The notes under the pieces were generated by a model. It was not told the DNA's origin. It made no database searches and was given only the letters and a program-made list of their open reading frames with translations. 64,000 nucleotides of DNA from Neoconidiobolus thromboides FSU 785 (lineage: Eukaryota; Fungi; Entomophthoromycota). The translations under genes and the position numbers were made by a program. Within the stretch, counting starts at the first letter, position 1. The number at the start of each line of letters is the position of its first letter. Where the stretch lies: assembly GCA_025603075.1 (NCBI GenBank), contig MU626305.1, positions 1 through 64,000 of the forward strand. Direction: 5' to 3'. Shown here piece by piece: positions 23,424 to 35,532 of the stretch.

Positions 23424-24544
23424 TTAACGGTTAGCATCGTCATTTGATATTTTGGCAATCAATTTATCAAACTGTTTGCTAGCATTTTGAAACCAAGGCT
23501 CATGCTCTTTTTCAGAATAAAGTAACGAATGGTTAATGATGATTTTAGTATTGTTAGTTACTTCTTTAGCACTAGATACAATTTCATCGTTATCTCTATC
23601 CCAAAGAGAGGCACCAAGGTTATCTAAAGAGTCAATGATAGTTTGAGCTGAATCCACTAATTCATCTAACCAAGAAATAACACCATCTGTAGTTACGGAA
23701 CACTCTTTTATACATCTCCTATCGATTTTAATAAAAACCGTTTGAACTAATTTTAAAATAGATAAACAAGTGGTTATAACTTCTAGCTCTTTTTCATCAA
23801 AACTTTCTCCACTTAAACCAAAGTCTAAATCGGCAAATTCATCAACCAAATCTTTCTCTTCTTTTGAAACTTCTTTTTCTTCCTCATCTTTATCATCCAT
23901 ATTTTCTGCTTCTTCTTTGAGTTCCTCAATCTCTTTAACTGTATCTTTTATTAGCTCTAGAAAGGTTGACCAAATTCTCAAAGTGGACTCTTTATTATCT
24001 ATTGGAGCTTTTTTAAGTTTATCACAATTATTCCAAACAACACCTATACAAGATAAATAATCATTTTGACTAAAACTAATTTTCTCAACTTTAATATCTT
24101 CTTCAATAGTTGTAGGATCATCTGAAAACGAATTTCCTAATTCGATAATGGATTTTATAACATTTTTGGTTAATAGTTGAATTTGTTTTGCAAAATTCAC
24201 ACCTTGATTTGTTGGTATCATATTTGTCAATAATACTAATTGTGTTAGTGGCTCTATGAAACACTTACATGCCTCTTCCTTTTCATTGACTGCCGGTGGC
24301 TTAAAAGCTAGAGCAAACTTTGAAGCTTCTGCTTTTATTTTAATGGATAAAGCGTCTAATTGAATCAAATTTAATACAAGATTTAATATGAATAAGTAAA
24401 ATCCCTACCTAACTGAGAATTAAATTTAGTAGTATCAAAGGCATGCTTGATTTCAATAACTTCGTCCACACCTTTGTGTAGATTAATACAAGTTTTTACG
24501 AATTTATTCAAAGCTTTGTTATAAGTTTTAGAATTGGAACTCAT
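23424..24544 (-). CDS. GCIP / cyclin-D1-binding protein 1 family protein
   Basis: Exon 1 MSSNSKTYNK...SQL spliced to DALS; EASKFALAFKPP, GVVWNNCDKL and LIKDTVKEIEEL are typical of the family. Confidence 0.75.
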
Positions 24545-24596
24545 TTTAAATTGAAAAAAAACTTTTAAATTTGAAGCTTTGTTTTAAATTTTAAAA

Positions 24597-25419
24597 ATGT
24601 ACAATTATTCTAAAAACCATTTAGCAGATAAAATCGATGTAGACGACGATGAAGCACTCGATGTTTTATTTGAAGAACTTGAAAATGAAAATTTGGATCA
24701 ATATAGAGAACTTAGAATACAAGAAATGAAAATACAGTACCATTTTTTAAGTTCCTACTTTTTTAAATAAGTAATTATTTTTATAATTCTAGAGCCGATG
24801 AGTTAAGTAAAATGAAACAAAATAACCATGGGGAGTATACAGAGGTAGAAGAAAAGGATGTTTTGGATATAACTACGAATACTACTTATGTCGTAGTTCA
24901 CTTTTTTTCTCCAACTTTTAAAAGATGTAAAATCATGGATGAGCACTTAGAAGTATATTAAATCATTATTGTTCATTATTTGGTTAAATCAACTTGTTTA
25001 GATCCTCAGTAAGAAACATTATAGAGCACGTTTTATGAAAACAAACGCAGAAAAATGTGCTTTTTTGGTTGCCAAGTTACAAATCAAAGTATTGCCTTTT
25101 GTGATGTGCTTTGTTAGAGGGGTAGTCACTGAAAGGTAATTTTATTTTTGTTTCGATTTATCGTCTTATTTTTTTATTCAAGATTAATTGGTTTTGAAAA
25201 GTTAAATAACAGTGACACTTTTTCCACTGCTAAACTTGAAAATCTTTTAATTAAGTCAGGTAAATTTACAGTTCAATTGTAATAGAGTTAAGATTAATAC
25301 TATTCAAAGGAGTAATAACTAAAAAAGTAGAAGTAAAAAATGATTCAGACGAAGAAAGATTTCAAAAGAGGGGAATTAGAAGCAGTACTAAGGCTATTGG
25401 ATTGGATGAAGAATACTAA
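24597..25419 (+). CDS. PLP1: Phosducin-like protein (PLP1/TXNDC9 type)
   Basis: Spliced, 5 exons: YRELRIQEMK...HGEYTEV.EK...VVVHFFSPTFKRCKIMDEHL...FLVAKLQIKVLP...IGFEKL. Confidence 0.88.
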
Positions 25420-25739
25420 TAGATAAAGTTAAAAATGATCAAAATAAAGGTATTGATTTATTATTATTATTAAGTAGGAGCTAATTTTGTTTTTAGTACT
25501 AAATGAAATATTATTGATTTTATTTAAATTGACGTTTAATTTAATGCATTTTTGATAGCAACATGATATAATTAAATCAAACTAAATTAAATGTATCCTT
25601 GATTATTTATTACGACTTTCTTATAAAATGATTTCAATAGGTGTTGACTTGAAATTAAAATGCATTATTTTGATTAATATATAAAATATTTTTTTATTCA
25701 CAATTTTAATTAAAAATGAGTGAATCAAGTCGTTATCTA

Positions 25740-28700
25740 ATGGAAGCATCATTTCAAGAAGAGTCTTTAAGTTCATTTCAATTTGAAACAAATAAAGATA
25801 ACTCCAATATAATAAACACAAACATTAATTATAGTTCAAATGAAAACAACTTAGGTAAGTAGTACTTATATAATATTTTAACTATATCTAACTCTAAAAG
25901 ATGAAGTTAGAGATAAAGTTAGAGATAAAGTATAACCTTATTTCATTTTATTTGATTTTATTAAGCTTAAAGAAAATATTATCGTTTCATGTCCAAGCTA
26001 ACAGCCTTGGTTGTGCATATTATGATGAATCTAATTCAACACTTTATGTACTTCCAAATCATTCGAAATCGGACACCAATTTAATTGCTAAAAGTAATTA
26101 AAATTATAAACATTAACAGTTTTTATAATATTTTTAGTTATCAATCAATCAAAACCAGCAATTGTTTTATTAAATTCTTCGCTTCCAGAAGAAATTTTAG
26201 ATACAATTCCGATAAAAGGCAAGTTTATTTATTTAGCAGATTAACTAATAATACTTCAGATTTGAATATCACATTTCCTAACCCATCCGAATTTTCATAT
26301 AAAAAGGGGATTTATAGGCTACAAAGTATCTTCTCTAATAAAATTACGCAATTCAATACCCTTTTCAATGATAGTTATCAGAATTCTTTATATGAAATAT
26401 CAAAATATATATCACTTGATTGGAAGCCATCTGTATTTAGTTATACGTAGATTTAATAATGCCTAATGCTTTTTAGATATCATGTATAAATGTGATGTGT
26501 AATTATTTGGAAGAGAAGTTTTATATGAAAAAAGTGGATCTAGAAAAAGAATACTATATTAAGCAAGTATCAGAATTTAAATTGTAGCTAATTTTATAGA
26601 TAGTTTTTATAAAATAAAATAAAATAAATATTAGGGATTCTCATTTGTATATTAATGAAACGACACTAATGTATTATACTACATATTTATGACTCTTTTG
26701 ACTTTTTATAAGGGATTTGAATATATTTCATGATGAAAATCATCCCAATGTATCAAATTTTCATACCGGAAAAGAAGGAATAAGCTTATACAGTAATCGT
26801 TTTCTATAATTAGACAATATAATCGTTTAAAATACAAGGAATTTTAAATCAAACTGTAAGCTCAGGTGGAGCAGATATGCTTAAATCATGGTTTAAATAC
26901 CCTTTAAATGCACTAAATGAAATCGAAAAAAGACTTGTATTGGTTGAAGCTATGATGAAATCAGATTCTAAAACTATTACAAGATTTAAAAGCTTACTAA
27001 AAAATCGATTGGTTATACCTCATATTTTAACTCATCTTCAAAATAGAAGCTGTTATAGTGATTGGTACAATGTTTATATGGTAATTAATAACTAAATAGA
27101 AGTTTAAATTTTACTTGTTTTAGTTTATAACTAACTTTATTTGTATTTCGGATATTTTGTTTGATTTACCTCAAACTGATTTATTTAAAGATAAAGTACA
27201 GATTATTATACAAGCAATAGCAAATAGTAAACAGTATTTTAGGATACATTAGAAGTATATCAAATGCTAAAAGACGCCAGAAAGTTCCTAGGCGGAAAAG
27301 TAATAATACATTAGAATTATTTATACTACTGAAATTGGTTAGATTAGCTTTGATAATGAAAAAGAAGATCTTAACATCCATATTAAAGAGAATATTAGCG
27401 AAGTACTATATTTTAATTGATACAACTATTGATACTTATTATTAGGGATTAGATAATTTAAAATATATTTATAATAATATGGAAGATATGCTAGTAAAAC
27501 TATACCACTTTTATTCTTAATAAATAGCTTACTTTTTTTAGTCAAATATTGCGATCAAAATAAAGAAAGAGATCGAAATTAATATTACCAGATTGAACAT
27601 TGTTTATTATCCACAACTAGGCTATTTGATAGCTATTCCAATTGATAATAAATTAACAAAAAAAGACTTTGGTGATACAGATTTGGATTTTCAAGTATAA
27701 AATAATAGTAATGTTAGTTTATATAATTTTAATATAAATTTTAGTTTGAGTCAGATGAAGCAATCTATTTTAAAAACAATTCAATGAGATGTAATTCTAA
27801 TACCTTGATTTTAATGTTATTTATTCAAATTATTAAAAGATTTAGACAATGATATTGGAGATATATTTACACTTATTAATGGTAAAATTAACTTGAGTTA
27901 ATATAATATGCTTATTTCTATAGATAAAGAAATTGAAATACTTCAGAGCATACTAGGCTCGTTTATTTTATATTTTGATTCAATAATTGAAGCATACGAT
28001 AAATTATCTGAGCTTGATTGGTAATAATTGAAATAAAGAGATCAATCAAATAATTAACTATATTTAGTATATTATCAATTACTAAAGTATCTAAAGCAAA
28101 TGTATATAATCAACCTGAATTTAATAAAAATCAATTAAGAATAATTTCTGGAAGGTAAATAAATAGTATTAATAAAACAAATATTTAATAATCATAATCT
28201 AGGAACCCAATCTTAGAAAGAAATAAAGCAACAATTATCACAAATGATTATGATATACAAAATATAAATGAAATGAATAAATCAATTCCAGTAATGATAT
28301 TAAATGGTCCAAATGGTTCAGGAAAAAGTATTTATTTAAAGCAGGTAAATATATTAGATCAAACGTATTGAGCTAAATATATCTATGTTAATAAAATTAG
28401 GTTGCATTAACTTGTTTTATGGCACATTTAGGGAGGTAACTAATACATATATAATATCTATTAGACATTAATGATATAAGTTATATCCCCGCAGAAAAAT
28501 GTTTGATTTACCCTATGGATTTAATATCTACTTGTTTTATTACAAATAATTCAGTATCAAATGTAATTAATAATAAATATGACATTAGTAATAATAATAA
28601 TAATATCTTAGTTTAACAGTGGCTTTTGTCAAGACTTACAACAAATAAATACATTCTTGAAAACCTGTACTAAAGATTCCATCTTATTTCTTGATGAATT

Positions 28701-29424
28701 CGGTAAAGGAACAACAATAGGAGGTAAATAAATATCAATGGTATAATAATAAGATAGCAACATTAATATCAATGATATCAAGATGGTATTGGATTGTTAT
28801 GTGCATTAGTAAAGTATGTATTAAATATGAATAAAGAAAGAGGACCAAGAATATTAATTAGTACACACTTTAATGGTAACTTCTTATAATATCTAATAAT
28901 AAATAAGTTTATTCATTTTGTTAGAAATTCATATAAATAATTTATTAAATGAAAATAATAATGAAATCAAATGGATGTATATGGATACTGTTTTAAATGA
29001 TAGTAATAAATTAGACTTTCGCTATAAGTAAAATAAAATAAAAAATGAAATCAGTAAATTAATAAAGAATTAGATTAAAAGAAGGCTATTCGTCTAATTC
29101 ATATGGAATTCATTATGCTTTACAGAACGGTATAAAAGAATCTATTATTGAAAGAGGTAATAATAAATAATACATTGTTATTATAGATCATATTGATTTA
29201 ACACAATTTATGTTATTTCAGCTAAGGAAGTTAAAAATAATTTAGGATTATTCAAAATACCTAAACCAATGATAGCTGAACTAGATCAGTATAAATTATG
29301 GTTATACAAACAAATTATCAATAAATTAATGTCTACAAATATAACCGAAGAAAATGTACAACCACTTATGACCTGGATCAAAAAGATGTCAAATTCAATT
29401 TACAATACAAAAATAAGTAAATAA
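25740..29424 (+). CDS. MSH5: Meiotic MutS homolog 5 (about two dozen introns)
   Basis: Spliced: NGPNGSGKSIYLKQ|VAL..FMAHLG|SYIPAE, DLQQ, LDEFGKGT..|DGIGL, STHF, SYGIHYA; IVYYPQLGYL and YFKN..MR.LD..IGDI are MSH5-typical; no mismatch-binding domain I. Confidence 0.88.
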
Positions 29425-29477
29425 AAAGAATATAAATAACCATATAAAAATAAAAAAGCATATAAATCCATATTTAT

Positions 29478-31023
29478 TTAATTATTATTACTATTCTCTA
29501 CTTTTTCATTTTCTTCTCCTGGGATAAGAAAATTTAAAAAAGCACCTTGATCACATAATTGTAAAGCATGTTCGGCTTCTTGTTCATCCAATTCACTTAA
29601 AGCTAAGTTAATAGCTTCGATTGTATTTTCTTTTAAAGCTTCTTGTAATTTTAAAGGCAAAGAATTAAATATTACTTTTCTCTCTTGATCGTTAATATCA
29701 TCTGTAGGTAAATCTACCATAATTTTGGCATCTTCGCTAGTAGGTTCTAATTGGAAGATAGCTTTTTGTTTAGAATTTTGTTGTCTTATTACTTCACATC
29801 GTTGCTTTAATATATTATAAGTGTCTTCCACATCTTTTAAAAATACTTCATTACCGGTGGTGGTAATTCTAATTTAATATAAAATAAACAATAGTTAATG
29901 TTATAATTTATACAAACTAGTAATCTGTTGTTTACCTTTTAAAAAAAGCAGTAACTCCATCTTTACCAAGACGACCACAATATTGAATAATTAAGGCTTG
30001 ATGAACACAATGTTTTGCTTGTCTACTATTACCTTGTAATTGAAGTTCAAAACCCTTGGCTAATATTTCATCCGAGTATTTTTCATTAATAATAAATTTA
30101 TATTTGGAAATAAATTCAAGGCTTTGTTCTAATGTTTTCAAATTAGAAAATTCATTTGCTTCATCAGAAGTCTCAATATCCTCTTCTTCCTCTTCAACAT
30201 AGGCTCCTTTTTCTGTACCATCACCATCTTTTTTGAGCTGTGAAAATTAATAATAAATTTATTTATTTCTTAATGACAAATATTATTAACTTACCACTGT
30301 TTTACTAGTAGTCAACGTCTTTGGATTTAAAATTTCAATTTGTTTTTCTTTTTTGTTTTGCTTCTTTTTATTTTCCAATTCTTTTTTGACTTGTTCTTCA
30401 TTCGATTTACTAACAATCTAAATTAAAAAAGAATTAGCCATAGACTCTAAAATTTCCAAAATATCTTAACTTACTGTTTTATCAAATCCAGGTTTACAAA
30501 TGTTCTCACTGGTTAAAGTGTTACTTTCGATCTTCTCTTCCTTTTTCAATTCCTCTCTACAGTCTTCTTGATGTTTCTTAACCTTTTCAAACTCGACTTT
30601 TAATTTTTCCAATATAACACCTCTATTCATTTCCTCTCCGCTACTTTTTACTTCTTCTTCAATATGCTTGAAGAGACCCATTAATGATTGTTCAATGCTC
30701 ATCTCTCCCTCCTTTCTCTCCTCTCCACCCTTCTTACTCTTTTCCATCTTTTCCGCAATCTCCTTCAACATCGTCTTCATTTCTTCCATACCAAAACTAT
30801 TTTCGCCTTCTCCCATCAAGTTCTTCATTTTCTTCATCATTTGATCACAAAAGGTTATTCTCTGTTTTAAACTATCAATCTTTTGTTTACGTTCCGCTCG
30901 TCTTCTATGGATAGCTTCTTGATTCCATTTTATAAACGATTTTTTATCGACATTTGGATGGACTTCAATATCTTCATCATCGGATAATTCAATATTGTCC
31001 CACTTACTATAATCTAATGGCAT
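29478..31023 (-). CDS. CDC37: Hsp90 co-chaperone Cdc37
   Basis: MPLDYSKWDNIELSDDEDIEVHPNVDKKSFIKW; HQALIIQYCGRLGKDGV..FF; multi-exon. Confidence 0.95.
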
Positions 31024-31189
31024 CGTTATGGATTTATTAATTTGATTTATTTAAAGTTAAAAAAGTTGAGATTTTGAGTTTAAATTTTTTTAATATTGCT
31101 TGAATTTTAATCACTATTTTGGTTAGTGAAGTTAATTTTTTAAGATTTGAATTCGTTGGTATTTACAGATTATAGGGGAGAGACGTAAT

Positions 31190-31197
31190 TTCTAGAA
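31190..31197. promoter_or_regulatory. Possible heat-shock element core (TTCTAGAA) upstream of CDC37
   Basis: Two perfect nGAAn units with imperfect flanking units, ~170 bp upstream of the ATG; the 8-mer also occurs by chance elsewhere. Confidence 0.25.
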
Positions 31198-31624
31198 TTT
31201 CTAAGAATTTTGGAATTTTGATTTTTGTTCGTTTTTTATAGAGCAGATTTTGAGCTCAAGTATCAGTAAATTACTGAAACTAAAAACACATTTGATTATG
31301 AATTGACTCTGAAGGATATTTCATTTAAAAATATTATCAGCTTTTGATTTATAGAGTATTCAAGTAAGATGCTAACGCTAATTTTGAATGACTTTTGACT
31401 GATTGATGCTATTTTTTATAAAAACTCTTCAAAGAGCTTTTCCTTTATCAAGCAAATCCTTTACTTTTAAACTATCTAAATGCTACTAAAAAAGACATAA
31501 ATGATTAAAATGCTCCACAAGTCCATGTAAAACAAAAGAGTGAGTATATTTTGAAATGGTTTTGTTACCAAAATCTTAATTTTTCAAAGAAAGTGTATAT
31601 ATTATGGAAATATGTTCAATTTTA

Positions 31625-31731
31625 ATATGGGGGTGTTTTTTTTGACTTCATTATTTTTTCTATCTTTTAGGCGCTATTTAAGCGGAAAATTTGTTAGTAA
31701 AATTCTTAAACACAAAAATACATCCCCATAT
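31625..31731 (-). mobile_element. MITE-like repeat copy (well-conserved subfamily)
   Basis: ATATGGGGGTGTTTTTTTTGACTTCATTATTTTTTC...AAACACAAAAATACATCCCCATAT. Confidence 0.92.
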
Positions 31732-32430
31732 CTTTATTAAGTTGTAATTCGCTGGTATAGCTTAATAGAATGAAATCTATCGCTTTGAAGTAATAATATC
31801 AAATAGCTTTAAATTTGCTTTCTATTAGTAAAAAAAAATTATAAACTGTTGTTTATTTAATAAATTAGATAATGCTTTAATGCTTATTTGAAAATTTGAT
31901 CTTTTTAAAGTTTACTATGGACTAAGAAAACAAAGTCAAGATAGTTTGGTAATAGTATTACTAATATTTATAATACTTTTGTACATCTAAAAAATAAACA
32001 AAATAATTGCTATTTAACATAAACTCAAACTGTAATTATAGATGGAACTTTTTGCGACTTTTACTCAAGCGCAAATAATGAAAAATAGTTTTTAGAAATT
32101 TTAAAAACTTTAATCATGTATGTCAATAAACTCTATACTCCAGTCACATCGTCTTATAAGTTTCAACATAAAACAAATGATTCAATGATAACCTTTTCCC
32201 ACAATTATAAATTTGACAAAAAACTTTGTTTTATATAATAAAACAAAAATAATATAATTGTCTAAAGACCTTGTCAGCATAAATTACGTGTATTTGAATC
32301 AACTATGGTTTATTAAATGTAAATTAGTAGCCTCAATGGTTATGTAGTTAATAAAATAACGACATAAATTTAGCAATGTAATCAATTACATACAGAGAAT
32401 GTATATCTTTTATATAAATATTAGTCAAAG

Positions 32431-32584
32431 TCTAGGTGACGCAGTTGGCATATAATGACAATATGTCTTATGTGTATAGGAAGAGCCTATTTTACCTACT
32501 TATAAGCCATTGTACGGAATCGCTGTGAAGAGTAATTTCTGATAACACTGATGAGATTGAAGCAAATATATACTAACACCTAGA
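32431..32584. ncRNA. Candidate structured RNA, unassigned
   Basis: Ends pair (TCTAGGTG/CACCTAGA, extended by TTGGCATATA/TATATACTAA) around hairpins GACA-ATA-TGTC and ATAGG-AAGAG-CCTAT; GC higher than flanks; no known family recognised. Confidence 0.3.
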
Positions 32585-32929
32585 TATACATATATGCATT
32601 ATAAAATTAGAAATGAAACTATGGTCCAATTGAAGTGGATTTTTTTGAAACATCTAGTACTTGAGGGTTAATTTATACTGATTTATTTTTATAGTATCAA
32701 AAATAAAATCAATTAAAAAGTACTAGAAATGAGAATTAAATATTTTATACAATTTTAATAATTAAATATTAAATTCTAATAAAATTAATAGTATCTTTTA
32801 ATATAATTATCCTCTTATTTAATTCAAATAATAAAAAGATTGATTTATCCCATTAAATTTTTAAATCCAAATAAAAACTAAAAAACAAAGCAAAATAACA
32901 TCAACATAACGTTCAACAATATTTATTTT

Positions 32930-34596
32930 TTAATTTTCCATTACTTGTTTATTTTTACGTGGTGGTTTATAATCTGGATGATCAGAGCCTTGTTGTAAAT
33001 TAGCTTTTTTAGGTACCAAACCTAAGTTGATACAAAATAATAAATAAACAATAATAAACTATAAAATCAAATTTCATTACCTAATAAATCTAACATAATT
33101 TTATCTTCATTATGATCATTGTTTGGGGTGGTTAATAGTTTATCCCCAGTAAAGATAGAGTTAGCTCCAGCTAAAAAACACATGGCCTAAAAGATATATT
33201 AAAATGATTAATTAACTAAAATGAAATAAAATAAAACCCGATTTTCATAAAATTACCTGTTCAACTTGAGAGAACCTTACTCTACCAGCAGATAATCGTA
33301 CCATGGCTTTTGGCATGATAATTCTAGCGGTACAGATCATACGTATCATTTCCCAAATATTCACTGGCTAATTAAATTAAATTAAAAATGTTAAAATGTT
33401 ATTATTATTAAATTATTAAATTATTAAATTTACTTTTTGGTCTTCTAAGGGAGTTCCTTTAACTGCTAATAAAGCATTAATTGGCACTGATTCTGGATGA
33501 ATTGGTAGAGTAGCTAAAGTAGTTAATAACCCAACTCTATCTTCTTCACTCTCTCCTAGTCCGATAATACCGCCAGAACAAACTGAAATACCTGCATTTT
33601 GTACATTATTAATAGTGTTTAATCTTTCGTCATAAGAACGAGTAGTAATAATCTATTAATTAGAATATTATTATTATTATTATTATTAACTATTAATATC
33701 ATTAATTATATTTACCTTTGGATAAAATTCTCTTGAAGTATCTAAATTATGATTATAGGCAGTTAAACCAGCTTCTTTTAATTGTTTTGCTTGAGCTTCA
33801 TCTAACATACCAAGTGTACAACATACTTCCATACCCATACCCCTTAATTAATAAAAAATTAATTTATATTAATTTGATGTTCTTAAAATTAAAAACTTAC
33901 TTGATTTCTTTAATATGACTTACTATCTTTTTAAAGTTTGTTTTTCTACCCTTAACATCCCTCCAAGCTGCTCCCATACAAAATCTTGAGGATCCAGCTT
34001 CCTTGGCTCTTTTAGCTGCTTCAATAATCACTCCAGAATCTAACATTTTTTCTGCTTTAACAGCAGTAGAATAGCTAGAAGATTGTGGACAATATTTACA
34101 ATCTTCGGAACAACCTCCTGTTTTTATACTTAACAAAGTGGCTTGCTGAACAGCCCTTGGATCGTGATGTTGGCGATGAACTTGAGCCTAAAGAATAAAC
34201 AATTAATTTTTTTTGTTAATTGTAATATTGTAATAATTAATAATTAAAAAAAATAGATTTTAATTCTTATATTGAAGTAAATCCATTTATAACAAAATAA
34301 TTAAGATTTATAACTAAACAAATAAAAATTACCGATAAATACATTAATTCTAATAATGGAGAATCAAAGATGGCTTGTACTTCTTCACGTCTCCAAGTAT
34401 TTTTAATAGGTCCATGAGCATATTTGGCTGCTGCTGATAATTCTCGACCCCAATTATTAGAAGCATTATCAACTGGTTTACTTACTGGTTTTTCTTCTAA
34501 TGAAGCAAAAGTAGCTTTTTGAACAAATGAAATGGCAGGTTTGTTAATAAAAATGAGATTTCGGTGAACTGAACTGGATAATAATTTGAGTAACAT
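32930..34596 (-). CDS. BIO2: Biotin synthase, mitochondrial (radical SAM)
   Basis: [15 protein letters not shown] motif; [10 protein letters not shown]; [10 protein letters not shown]; [10 protein letters not shown]; N-terminal presequence-like segment; TAA at 32930-32932. Confidence 0.95.
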
Positions 34597-35532
34597 GTTT
34601 TTTGTAGGAATAGAATTGATTTTTTCTTTTGAGGATATGGGAGAAGCTAGAGGTAATGAAAAGAGATCAATATTATCTTTTTTAATTAATAATGAGTAGA
34701 ATTACTTTGAATAGAACAAATAAACTGTAAAATCGAGTTCAAAAAGTAGATTTAAGATGAAATTAATCTTTTTTTTTATCCTTTATTTTTACAGGTAAAT
34801 TTAGTGAAATAGCATCATCTATAAGATTGAAGTTCTTGACTAAAAGCTAAATTAAGTCTATATTTGGTAATTAGGAAGATTAAAATTAACACAAAATCAA
34901 AATAAAAACGATGAGAAAATTTTAGATAATGCTCCTAGCATTGATGCTAAATAAACATCTAAAATAATACAAGACATAGCTTAATTTAATAGAATAGTAT
35001 ATTATATTTTCAATAATATGTTAGATTTTATTTTATGAATTTCTCAAACAGATTCTAACTAGTATAAAACTTCAATTAAATATCTTCTTTTATAATATCT
35101 TAATAAGAATAGATTAATCTGAAGATTAAAAAACTAAACCAATCAATTTTAAATAATTAAAGTCTTATTACTTAATATAAACACGAGATTAAAGTTAAAT
35201 GTACTATTTGATTATTTAATTAGCATACACTAATATATTTTAAAAAAAAACTAATAATATAGTATAATATAATATTTATCATTATTATATTTAATAAATA
35301 TTTGTCAATATTATAATTTTAACAAGAAATGCTAGAAACATATTCTACTACCCAAAAAAAGTCAGAATCACTAAACCACTTTATTGATAAATCTCTTGAA
35401 TTGCACCAATAAAATTTCATTAAAAAAATAGATGACATGAAGTGAATCACATCATCTCAATATAAAACAATAAAATTTCGAAAGAGGCTCATAAAACTTT
35501 CATCTCTCAATACAAACAATAATATAAACAAA

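Noticed and set aside
25592-25600. GTATCCTT, a U12-type 5' splice-site-like motif
   Set aside because: Lies after the PLP1 stop with no matching U12 branch point or exon context; all introns I resolved are ordinary GT-AG.
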